From a virus (lineage: Duplodnaviria; Caudoviricetes), in IMG/VR virus record IMGVR_UViG_3300044799_000031, positions 1-51,141 of that record: DNA of 51,141 bases; one strand, given 5' to 3'. How positions within the stretch are numbered: the first letter of the stretch is position 1; each line of letters begins with the position of its first letter. The translations under genes and the position numbers were made by a program. Below, in pieces: positions 34,547-42,690 of this stretch. The notes beneath the pieces were generated by a model. It was given only the letters and a program-made list of their open reading frames with translations. It made no database searches and was not told the DNA's origin.

Positions 34547-35164
34547 GTTGAAGTTGAACGCGGTTGTGGTTTTAGAAAGATTCACGGTCTATATTTATGT
34601 GGTTCAGGTATGTCGGTAACCTGTGATCGACTGCCTTACGTTATTCATAAGTGCGTCTACTGTGGTTTTGTTCCATCAATGTTCCGAGGATTCTCTTGGA
34701 TTAATATGCAGTACTTACTTCCATCTCATGCTAAGACTTTAGAGGAATCTTCTCAACTTGACCTTCAAGGAACACGGGTTAAGTGTAAATGTCCGGCCGA
34801 TTGTCCTTTATGCTATCCTTCTCTTCAGAAGGTTAACGGTGTACGATCGGAGAAGTTCGGTTTTATGTGGGTCTCAAAGATCTATTATCCAACTCCGAAA
34901 GACTTCATTGACGAGGCAGTGGAGATGGGAGTATCCAAACGGATTTCATATCGTCCTCTAGGTCTGCGACTTGGCACGTGGATTCTACTTGCTCACAAGA
35001 AAGTCGGGATTGGGGAGGAACCAGCAATATTCTATGCCTTTAAACTTGAATCTATTCAGTACCTTCTCTGGGAGAGTGAGGCAACCGATAAATGGTTGAA
35101 GGAACTTAAGGACGCCGGTCTAGAACCTGTTATAATTCCAGATGGAGAGAAAAGACATGGGTAA
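34544..35164 (+). CDS. Cys-rich hypothetical viral protein
   Basis: ERGCGFRK..LYLC; YPTPKDFIDEAVEMGVSKRI. Confidence 0.7.
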   Translation: MVEVERGCGFRKIHGLYLCGSGMSVTCDRLPYVIHKCVYCGFVPSMFRGFSWINMQYLLPSHAKTLEESSQLDLQGTRVKCKCPADCPLCYPSLQKVNGVRSEKFGFMWVSKIYYPTPKDFIDEAVEMGVSKRISYRPLGLRLGTWILLAHKKVGIGEEPAIFYAFKLESIQYLLWESEATDKWLKELKDAGLEPVIIPDGEKRHG

Positions 35165-35381
35165 GGTAGCAAGTTCATATCTGATTAAAATTCGCGGTCT
35201 ATTAGCGGATCTTGCGTCCGATCTTGAGAGTTTGTTGGAGGATCTCTATTCCGATGCCTTTGACGATGGAAGAAAAGAAGGATTAGACGAGGGAAAGGAT
35301 ATAGGTCACAAAGAGGGTTACGACGAAGGTTACGAGAAAGGATTTAATGAAGGTGAGAAGGATGCTGGGTCCGGACAATAA
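35142..35381 (+). CDS. Small protein with GxxxG repeat helix
   Basis: DGRKEGLDEGKDIGHKEGYDEGYEKGFNEG. Confidence 0.6.
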   Translation: MERKDMGKVASSYLIKIRGLLADLASDLESLLEDLYSDAFDDGRKEGLDEGKDIGHKEGYDEGYEKGFNEGEKDAGSGQ

Positions 35382-36096
35382 AACTCAACTCGATATTGAA
35401 AAAGCCACTGAACGCGGTTTGATTCACAGAGATTACATCGCCCACTGTCTTCGTTGGAATCATGTGCTTAAATTCGCTAGAAGAGGAGACTCAATTCTCG
35501 ATTTAGGTTGCGGCGACGGTATGCTCGCTCAAATTCTCTTTGTTAATAAGTTTCGACCCAAACAATACGTAGGTCTTGATGTCCGTAAGACCGCCATTGA
35601 GAAACTGATGTCTAGGAAAGTGAACTTTCCGGTTACAGGTATAGTCAACGACATCAGGATTGGAAGCATTGGTGATGCCGCATCAGACTTTTTGGAGAAG
35701 TTTGATGTCGTAGTTTGCTTTGAAATAATCGAACATTTTGAAGACAAATATCTCGATCATGTGCTTCAAGAGATTTATAGGGTTCTGAAACCTTCCGGTT
35801 ATCTTCTATTATCAACACCAAACTATGATGGAGTACATAAGGCGCGGAATCACGTTCACGAATATTATGAGGTAGAGTTGGGGATGCATCTTGAGAAGGT
35901 CTTTTCCAGCATTTGGAAGATTGGCACCTTTGCTTCTCAGAAGGATATTCTGTCAGTTTTGACATGGTCGGAACGAGAACTCTTTGACAATCTTTCTAAA
36001 TGGTTTGACTCCAACGTCTTAAGCGTGATCTTCGCCAGTCTTCATCCTAGTCAGAGCAGGAACATTCTCTGGGTTTGCCGCAAGGAAGGGCAATGA
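35347..36096 (+). CDS. Class I SAM-dependent methyltransferase (small-molecule type)
   Basis: ILDLGCGDG, YVGLD, FDVVVCFEIIEH, VLKPSGYLLLSTPN. Confidence 0.9.
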   Translation: MKVRRMLGPDNKTQLDIEKATERGLIHRDYIAHCLRWNHVLKFARRGDSILDLGCGDGMLAQILFVNKFRPKQYVGLDVRKTAIEKLMSRKVNFPVTGIVNDIRIGSIGDAASDFLEKFDVVVCFEIIEHFEDKYLDHVLQEIYRVLKPSGYLLLSTPNYDGVHKARNHVHEYYEVELGMHLEKVFSSIWKIGTFASQKDILSVLTWSERELFDNLSKWFDSNVLSVIFASLHPSQSRNILWVCRKEGQ

Positions 36097-36099
36097 TTT

Positions 36100-37530
36100 A
36101 TGAGTAAGACAGATTTAAAACCAATAACTATCGGTTTCGTGTATGGAGTGGCTGGGCATTGGGCTGTCTCCTCTAAGAAGAATGACTTAAAGATGGTATG
36201 GCATCATGAACCCGATAAGAATCTCAATGATATTTTTAAAGTCAATTTTCCTTGTGTCTTCTCAAGTAGATCAGATGAGGAATTATATTCGAGAGAAATT
36301 CCCGATATCGTTGTTGGAAGTCCTCCATGTTCAGCCTTTGCCTGCATGCTTGGAAGCATTCGAGGCGGTTACCAAGCCGAATTGATGGAAGAATTTGCTT
36401 CTCACGTTCTTGAATTTGGAAAAATCATAAACAGGATTCAACCTAAAATATTTATTTTTGAGAATGTAACCGGTTTATTTAATCAAGGAAAATTATTTTA
36501 CACATTTCTGTCTTCGGTAAAGAAGAATTATCAAGTCAACTTCCTAGTCTTAGATTCTGCCGACTACGGTGCCGCTCAACATCGAGTGAGGATTTTTGTC
36601 TTTGGCACTCGGAGTGATATTTCTCCCGAATTCATGTTCATTCCAAGTGAACACTTTCAAAAGAGTCTCATTTTGAGAGATGTTATAAAAGGATTGGAGA
36701 ATTTATCCCGTTTATGCGTAGAGGATCACGACTGGTATCAAGGTACACAGAAGATTTTTGGTACTTTTAGTCGAAAAGGTGTTCAATTTTCTTATTCTTG
36801 GGATTCCCCCCCCTCGACATGTATAACCACTAATGCTTATGGCAATTTACATCCGGACAAGACAAGGTGCATCTCCGTTTTAGAATTGAAAAGAATCATT
36901 GGTCTTCCAGACAACTTTAATTTAGGAGATTTTTCAGTTCAAAAGAAAGTTAGGATTTTAGCATTTGGAGTTGACGTCAGATTATGTTCTTTGCTGTTAA
37001 AAAATGTGAAACAATTTCTGAGAAGAGACGTTAGAGTAAAAAAAGGCTGTTTCTACCTTCCTCGGCCGAGTATGACCCACTACAAAGGTAGTTTTCCTCT
37101 CAATTTAGAGTCTATGCTACTTAAATTTTTAAACATCCAAAAGGAAGTTTTAATTTTACAACCATTTGGAGGTCGAAGTGCTTTAGGTCTTCGTTTAGAT
37201 GTGAAAAGAGAAGTGCAACCTGATGTCATTGGTGACGCACATTATCTTCCTTTTCGAGAAGGAATTTTTGACCTCATTCTTGCTGATCCTCCTTATTCAA
37301 ACGCCGAATCAGTAAACTTGTACCAGACAAAGAAAATTTCTTTTCGTGTTTATAGCAAGGAATTGGTTCGAACCATTAAATTGAATGGTCTAATCTGTTT
37401 TTATCATAAAATTTTACTTCCAACGCCGGATGGATGCATTAAACATGCCATAATAACAGTCGTGACAAGAACTTTTCATCATGCGCGAATTATAACGGTC
37501 ATTAAGAAAATTCAAGGCGGAGGGGTTTAA
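36100..37530 (+). CDS. C5-cytosine methyltransferase-like domain fused to a DPPY amino-methyltransferase-like domain
   Basis: GSPPC, FENV, QHRVRIF, RCISVLELKRIIGLPDNF; then QPFGG, VIGDAHYLPF, ILADPPY. Confidence 0.85.
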   Translation: MSKTDLKPITIGFVYGVAGHWAVSSKKNDLKMVWHHEPDKNLNDIFKVNFPCVFSSRSDEELYSREIPDIVVGSPPCSAFACMLGSIRGGYQAELMEEFASHVLEFGKIINRIQPKIFIFENVTGLFNQGKLFYTFLSSVKKNYQVNFLVLDSADYGAAQHRVRIFVFGTRSDISPEFMFIPSEHFQKSLILRDVIKGLENLSRLCVEDHDWYQGTQKIFGTFSRKGVQFSYSWDSPPSTCITTNAYGNLHPDKTRCISVLELKRIIGLPDNFNLGDFSVQKKVRILAFGVDVRLCSLLLKNVKQFLRRDVRVKKGCFYLPRPSMTHYKGSFPLNLESMLLKFLNIQKEVLILQPFGGRSALGLRLDVKREVQPDVIGDAHYLPFREGIFDLILADPPYSNAESVNLYQTKKISFRVYSKELVRTIKLNGLICFYHKILLPTPDGCIKHAIITVVTRTFHHARIITVIKKIQGGGV

Positions 37531-37533
37531 TTA

Positions 37534-38157
37534 GTGTGTGTTCCCTGTCCTTTGTTGGATTTTTTCGATAAGAAAAGTTGGTACGCCAGACACTGGGAGA
37601 ATGTTGAGAGATGCCAACTCTGCGAGATTAGGAAGACAGGTCAACATCAATGCCCCGGTCTGGGTTATCCGAATAGTGCCATCATGTTTGTTGGAGAGGC
37701 GCCTGGCGCTGTTGACAATCCCGAATTAAGGAATCTAGTCTTTGTCGGCAATAAGTCCAGTGACCTAATGCTTGATATAATTTATGATTTGTGGCCGAAT
37801 GGTTACGATGACGTCTACCTCACCAATGTTGTGAAGTGCAATCCTCCTGGGAACAGGCAACCCACCGAGAACGAAGTTGAGTGCTGTTCGAAGTTTCTCA
37901 GAGAAGAAATTAGGATGGTGAATCCCATCTTCATTGTTGCTTTAGGGAGGACGGCGGCTAACTGGTTTGGTGTCACATCCAATCTTAATGAAGCAAGATT
38001 GACGCCTCACTTATGGGAGTCGAGACGCCTCTTCGTTCTCTATCATCCGGCTTACGTGCTGAGACTCGGTCCCAAGGCGGTCAGTCAATTTCGTGGCCAG
38101 ATGAAGGTCATTAGAAATCATCTCATCGATTTAGAGATTAGGTGTGAAGAAAAATGA
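37534..38157 (+). CDS. udg: Family 4 uracil-DNA glycosylase
   Basis: CQLC, MFVGEAPG, TNVVKCNPPGNRQP, VALGRTA, YHPAYVLR. Confidence 0.93.
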   Translation: MCVPCPLLDFFDKKSWYARHWENVERCQLCEIRKTGQHQCPGLGYPNSAIMFVGEAPGAVDNPELRNLVFVGNKSSDLMLDIIYDLWPNGYDDVYLTNVVKCNPPGNRQPTENEVECCSKFLREEIRMVNPIFIVALGRTAANWFGVTSNLNEARLTPHLWESRRLFVLYHPAYVLRLGPKAVSQFRGQMKVIRNHLIDLEIRCEEK

Positions 38158-38741
38158 AAGGAAAACTAATCATAGTTGAAGGCGTCGACGGTTCCGGGAA
38201 GACCACTCTGATTGAAGGTCTGAAAACCCGCATGCAGGTCGACCACGTCTTCAACTATTCCTATCCGAAGGAAACGACTCCAGAGGAAAATGTGTCCTTT
38301 GCTCGAGGAGAATACCTTGCCTCCATTAAAATCTTTAAGGCACTCGTTGGCGATGGAAAAACTATTATATGCGACAGATTTCATCTTGGAGAGTATGCTT
38401 ATGGACCAATTATGCGAGGGTATTCCGAATTTCTAGCCGAAAGCATCCTTAACATCGAAGGAGAGATTAATGAGATTAAGAAAGTTGGTGAAGTTTATTT
38501 GGTCATTTTAGTAGTTTATGAACCAAAGATTCTCATGGGTCGTCTTCAGAAGAAAAAATTAAAGATGAGTGGAGAGTATCTGAGGACATCATCTCAATTA
38601 TCTTTTGTTAATGCTCGATATCGAAACGTCCCAACTAAATTGAATGCGATTGGATTCTTCACCGACTCAGCCATTTATGAAAACCATCCGGAGAGGATTC
38701 TTGATCAAACTGTAAAATTTATGATGGAGACTTTAATTTGA
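38154..38741 (+). CDS. tmk: Thymidylate/dNMP kinase family
   Basis: IIVEGVDGSGKTT, IICDRF. Confidence 0.85.
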   Translation: MKGKLIIVEGVDGSGKTTLIEGLKTRMQVDHVFNYSYPKETTPEENVSFARGEYLASIKIFKALVGDGKTIICDRFHLGEYAYGPIMRGYSEFLAESILNIEGEINEIKKVGEVYLVILVVYEPKILMGRLQKKKLKMSGEYLRTSSQLSFVNARYRNVPTKLNAIGFFTDSAIYENHPERILDQTVKFMMETLI

Positions 38742-39766
38742 AAGTCTTTGATGGCGAATCAATTCCACGAATGTATCCTGAAATCCTCCAATTTATAGTA
38801 GACCAAGGGCATGAAGTTGGACCCCGTGGTTTAATGACTAAAGAGATTTCGCCCGTAACCTTGATTAGTCATAATCCGAGAAAGAGGTTGTTCGGTCACC
38901 CTTGGCGGAACGAGGTGAGCATCTTCACCTATATTGAAGGTCTATGGATTCTTAGAGGGGAGGATACCCCAGACAGAGTTGTTTCCTATGTCAAAGGCAT
39001 GAAAGATTTTATTAATGCTACAACAGGCAAATTTGATGGTGCTTATGGACCTCAAATAAGACGTCTTGTCCGGTCATACATACACGGAGAAGGAGGTATT
39101 GATCAATTAGTCTATGCCTATTATACTCTTCTGGGTGATCCCGAGTCCCGTCAGGCCGTTGTAATTATTAATGATCCTCACGTTCACAAGATTCCTTCCA
39201 AGGATTTTCCGTGCACCTTATCATTTCAATTCCTCGTTCGTCAAGGAAAATTGAATATGATTGTGCATATGAGGAGTCAAGATGCATGGTTGGGTCTGGT
39301 CTACGATACCGGAGAGTTTCAGTGGATCCAAGAAATTCTTGCCGGTTGGTTGAACCTCGATGTCGGCGACTATACGCATGTCGTTGCCAGTCTGCACTTG
39401 TATGAAAGGGACGAAGAAAAAGCGTTGAAGGTCATTGAACACAATCGTGGTTGGGATCTGTACAAGGATGCTAAGATTCTTGACGCCCGGTTAGAAAAGT
39501 CCAAGTACGGCGAGACTGAAAAGGTGCTGGCCATCTTTGAAGAAACAGTGCGTTCCGGTGGGACTCTGGCAAAGGAGGTTTCTTCGATTCTTCTTGGCTT
39601 TAACGATTTCTATTCCAATTTAATCAACATCATTATGGCATACAATCTCCGTCTAAAAGGAGCGGACGATGCCGCTCTTATGATGGTTGAACATAATCCT
39701 ACTGATCTCGGTCTAATCTATAAAAGGAGGTGGTTAAATGGAAAAGAAGGTAATGGCGAGAAGTAA
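38738..39766 (+). CDS. Thymidylate synthase-fold enzyme of dCMP (hydroxy)methylase type
   Basis: GAYGPQ, SRQAV, DFPCT, MRSQDAWLGLVYD, SLHLY; Asp at the position of the dUMP-specifying Asn. Confidence 0.85.
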   Translation: MKVFDGESIPRMYPEILQFIVDQGHEVGPRGLMTKEISPVTLISHNPRKRLFGHPWRNEVSIFTYIEGLWILRGEDTPDRVVSYVKGMKDFINATTGKFDGAYGPQIRRLVRSYIHGEGGIDQLVYAYYTLLGDPESRQAVVIINDPHVHKIPSKDFPCTLSFQFLVRQGKLNMIVHMRSQDAWLGLVYDTGEFQWIQEILAGWLNLDVGDYTHVVASLHLYERDEEKALKVIEHNRGWDLYKDAKILDARLEKSKYGETEKVLAIFEETVRSGGTLAKEVSSILLGFNDFYSNLINIIMAYNLRLKGADDAALMMVEHNPTDLGLIYKRRWLNGKEGNGEK

Positions 39767-40112
39767 CGTCATTCGTGGGATGTTGAGGCCGATCGTGCTG
39801 GGGGAATTAGCGAAGGGACCTCTTCATGGTTACTTGCTCATTAAGAGGATTCGAGAGAAGTTCCATGTTTATCTTGGTCCAAGCACTATGTATCCTGCCT
39901 TATATGACTTGAAGGAAGCGGGTTTAATTGAATTTGACAAGTCGTGCACTCTCTTCGGGAAAGGAATATCCTTAAATCTCGATTCCGGGAGACCTATCAA
40001 GGTCTATGCTATAACTGAGAAAGGAAGAACCGCCCTTGCTCTGGATCTTCAAAATCTAAAGAACATTACTCACAATCTGGGAATAGGCATCAACGATGCT
40101 AACGGACAATGA
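39753..40112 (+). CDS. PadR-family transcriptional regulator
   Basis: GPLHGYLLIKRI..GPSTMYPALYDLKEAGLI..KVYAITEKG. Confidence 0.88.
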   Translation: MARSNVIRGMLRPIVLGELAKGPLHGYLLIKRIREKFHVYLGPSTMYPALYDLKEAGLIEFDKSCTLFGKGISLNLDSGRPIKVYAITEKGRTALALDLQNLKNITHNLGIGINDANGQ

Positions 40113-40512
40113 AATAAAGCAACTGATAGCAGAGAAGAAATTGGATATTGAACCGTACGATCCCGATAGACTTGGACCTGTCAGTTATGATCTGACGACT
40201 CACGCGTTTGGGAGCATCAATGACGTACGTCAATTGACGACTGCTGAAGTCATAACGATGCCTCGGGACTTAGTTGGGATCCTGACCCCTCGAAGTCGCT
40301 TAGCGGTTAGGGGACTGTTTGCCAGTTTCAGTCTTCTTGTGGACCCAGGTTTCAAAGGCCATTTGATCTTCCTCGTTTTCAGACCCGGGCAATTGACAGA
40401 GGACTACAACGTTTCTGATCTCTTTCAAATAATGTTTATGAAGATTGGGTCCGTGGGTACAAGTTATGATGAGAGACCTTCGAGTACCGCTATGGGGAGA
40501 AACGGATTCTAA
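40096..40512 (+). CDS. dCTP deaminase/dUTPase-fold protein
   Basis: MLTDNEI..IEPY..SYDL, TPRSRLA, VDPGFKG; deaminase Glu not evident. Confidence 0.8.
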   Translation: MLTDNEIKQLIAEKKLDIEPYDPDRLGPVSYDLTTHAFGSINDVRQLTTAEVITMPRDLVGILTPRSRLAVRGLFASFSLLVDPGFKGHLIFLVFRPGQLTEDYNVSDLFQIMFMKIGSVGTSYDERPSSTAMGRNGF

Positions 40513-42029
40513 TGGATGAGGTTGACGCCTTAAGACTGAAGTTGTCTCGCTCCAAGAGTGTTTGGGACGTCATCGACTGTATAAAAATTTGGAGAGACAT
40601 TCTGCTTAAAAAGAGCGATATGGAATTTAGAACCTATCAAATGCCTCTGAGCGATAAGATCATCGAATTTAGAGTGACGGAAGGCGCCTTGGGGAACGAG
40701 ATTGTAACCTTATGGTGCAGGCAGTCAGGTAAGACTGAAACCGTCTCTTTCACCGTTCTAGTTCTCGGCACCTTCTACATAATGTTTTTGAGGGAGGACA
40801 TCAATTGTGGACTCTTCGCTCCCGTTGAGAGTATGATCACCCACGTCACGAGAAACAGGTTGAGGACCAGATTTAAGAAGTTGAAGAAATTTCTGTGGGA
40901 CACAGGAAAGATCAAACAGATCGCCGGAGAAGGTCTAACATCCAGTCTCTTTGTTCTCGAGAGCATGGTTACGGATAAGGAGTTTACATGTCGATCATTG
41001 TCAGTCGGGGAACAAGCAGAAATTATTGGAGAAACGTTTGGTCTCATGATCATTGAGCAATCTGAACTCGTTAACGCCATGAAGTTGAAGACCGACGTTT
41101 TTCCAATGGGTGCTGAGAAAGGCGGGATCCGTGTGTTAACAGGGACGACTTCACCGTATTTCAAGAATGAGTACTTCAGGCAGGCCATTGAAAAGTGGAA
41201 TCCGGATCCTAGGAGAAATAGAAGCACCGCCGACTTTCTAGAGGTTGTCGACTGGAAGTTGGCCGCTGAATCGTCTCCTGCCTATCGTCGCTACGTGGAA
41301 CAGGAGAAGAGAAGGTTAGGATCCGACAGCATCGAGTTTAGAACCCAGTACTGTCTAGAGTGGTTGGGCGCCGCCTTGAAGTTTATCGGATTTGAGAAAC
41401 TGACATTACAAGAGAAGGACTATATCTGGGACAAGGAAAGACTTCGCTTCTTTGGCATCGATGTCGCTCGGGCGGGTGATAGTACCGTTGTCACCGTCAT
41501 TGAATTGAATGGGATGGAAATCTATATTCTCGGTTGGTTAGAACTTGAAGGTCTCGACTTTGAGAATCAATTTCCTAGGATAGTGAAGTTTCTCAAGGAG
41601 TATCAACCCCTTCGTTTTGGTGTAGTAGACGTTCCCGGTATGGGAGTCGCTCTATATGACATGCTTAAGAAGCGACTTTGGGATGAAGTTTTAGATGCCG
41701 AAGGAAAAGTCGTTGAGAGAGTTGCGTGGGCACGTCTTGATGGTTTCTATGGGTCCAAGACTGAGAACGACAATTTATTCAAATGCATGGATCGAGAATT
41801 TCAACATGGACGAATATACTTTCCAAAGACGACAAAGTACCTTCGAGAGAAGGCGAAGTTTGTTGACCAATTGCTTGATCTCGAAAGACATTATCTAGGT
41901 CATTCTCTGAAACTTCAGGCGCCAAAAATTAAAGGGAGACACGACGACTATCCTCTGAGTCTGGCTCTGGCCTTGTATGCCCTGAAGGAGAAGAGTTTTA
42001 AGACTGCTATAAGATCCATCAACTTCTGA
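40512..42029 (+). CDS. terL: Terminase large subunit
   Basis: RQSGKT Walker A, LTGT motif, GIDVARAGDSTV and HDDY nuclease motifs. Confidence 0.93.
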   Translation: MDEVDALRLKLSRSKSVWDVIDCIKIWRDILLKKSDMEFRTYQMPLSDKIIEFRVTEGALGNEIVTLWCRQSGKTETVSFTVLVLGTFYIMFLREDINCGLFAPVESMITHVTRNRLRTRFKKLKKFLWDTGKIKQIAGEGLTSSLFVLESMVTDKEFTCRSLSVGEQAEIIGETFGLMIIEQSELVNAMKLKTDVFPMGAEKGGIRVLTGTTSPYFKNEYFRQAIEKWNPDPRRNRSTADFLEVVDWKLAAESSPAYRRYVEQEKRRLGSDSIEFRTQYCLEWLGAALKFIGFEKLTLQEKDYIWDKERLRFFGIDVARAGDSTVVTVIELNGMEIYILGWLELEGLDFENQFPRIVKFLKEYQPLRFGVVDVPGMGVALYDMLKKRLWDEVLDAEGKVVERVAWARLDGFYGSKTENDNLFKCMDREFQHGRIYFPKTTKYLREKAKFVDQLLDLERHYLGHSLKLQAPKIKGRHDDYPLSLALALYALKEKSFKTAIRSINF

Positions 42030-42046
42030 TGTAACGTTTATATTTT

Positions 42047-42202
42047 GGTGCAGTTCTCTATAACTGAGGTGTCTGTTAGTTAAGGATTTTATTGTTTTCC
42101 CCACGACTAACCGGCACACTCAAGAATTGACCGAGATTCCTCTTGGATCTGCGAGGGAGTTCAACGAGGACAATGCAAAATTCCTTTCCCCTAATCCCTC
42201 GT
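42047..42202. ncRNA. Putative structured RNA/DNA element between terL and the next gene
   Basis: Long hairpin 42047-42132, short hairpin 42134-42150, stem 42151-42202. Confidence 0.45.
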
Positions 42203-42208
42203 CTAAGA

Positions 42209-42216
42209 TTTATATA
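42209..42216 (+). promoter_or_regulatory. TATA box for 42249
   Basis: TTTATATA about 33 nt before ATG. Confidence 0.55.
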
Positions 42217-42248
42217 AGATGATTAACTCTTGAAGTGAAGGTGTCAAA

Positions 42249-42629
42249 ATGACGGATGAACTCTTTCTTGGGTTGCTGTTTCTCCTGATTCTGGTTATTC
42301 TGATTTTGTTGTTGTTAAGGAAGCATGTCGTGGCGCCGACCCTGAGTGTAGTGGTTGAGTCTAAACCATATGTCCATGGTGACTTTATCGCCATAAGTGG
42401 AATTTTAAAGGAAGACGGTGAACCAATCAAAGGAACGGTAATTGGGTTAACCGTTACAGATCCTTCGTCTACTGAAACTCCCATAACTGGAGCGACAACA
42501 GACGATGAGGGTAAATATGCAACATCATGGCAAATACCTTCTGACGCCGCACCCGGTGTTTGGACTGTTACGGCTACCGCGATGGGCGTGTCTGCTACCA
42601 CGACCTTCACTCTTAACAACAACTCTTGA
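42249..42629 (+). CDS. Membrane-anchored Ig-like domain protein
   Basis: N-terminal hydrophobic helix; TTDDEGKY..IPSDAAPGVWTVTAT..ATTTF. Confidence 0.75.
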   Translation: MTDELFLGLLFLLILVILILLLLRKHVVAPTLSVVVESKPYVHGDFIAISGILKEDGEPIKGTVIGLTVTDPSSTETPITGATTDDEGKYATSWQIPSDAAPGVWTVTATAMGVSATTTFTLNNNS

Positions 42630-42690
42630 GACATAAAGTATTTAATCATCATAAGATTATTCTTTTAGTGATTACTATCAGGATTTTACA

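Noticed and set aside
35142-35381. FliH/Yae1 homolog
   Set aside because: Only a low-complexity GxxxG repeat; no other supporting domain
38738-39766. Ordinary thyA annotation
   Set aside because: Specificity residue is Asp rather than Asn and there is an extra C-terminal region
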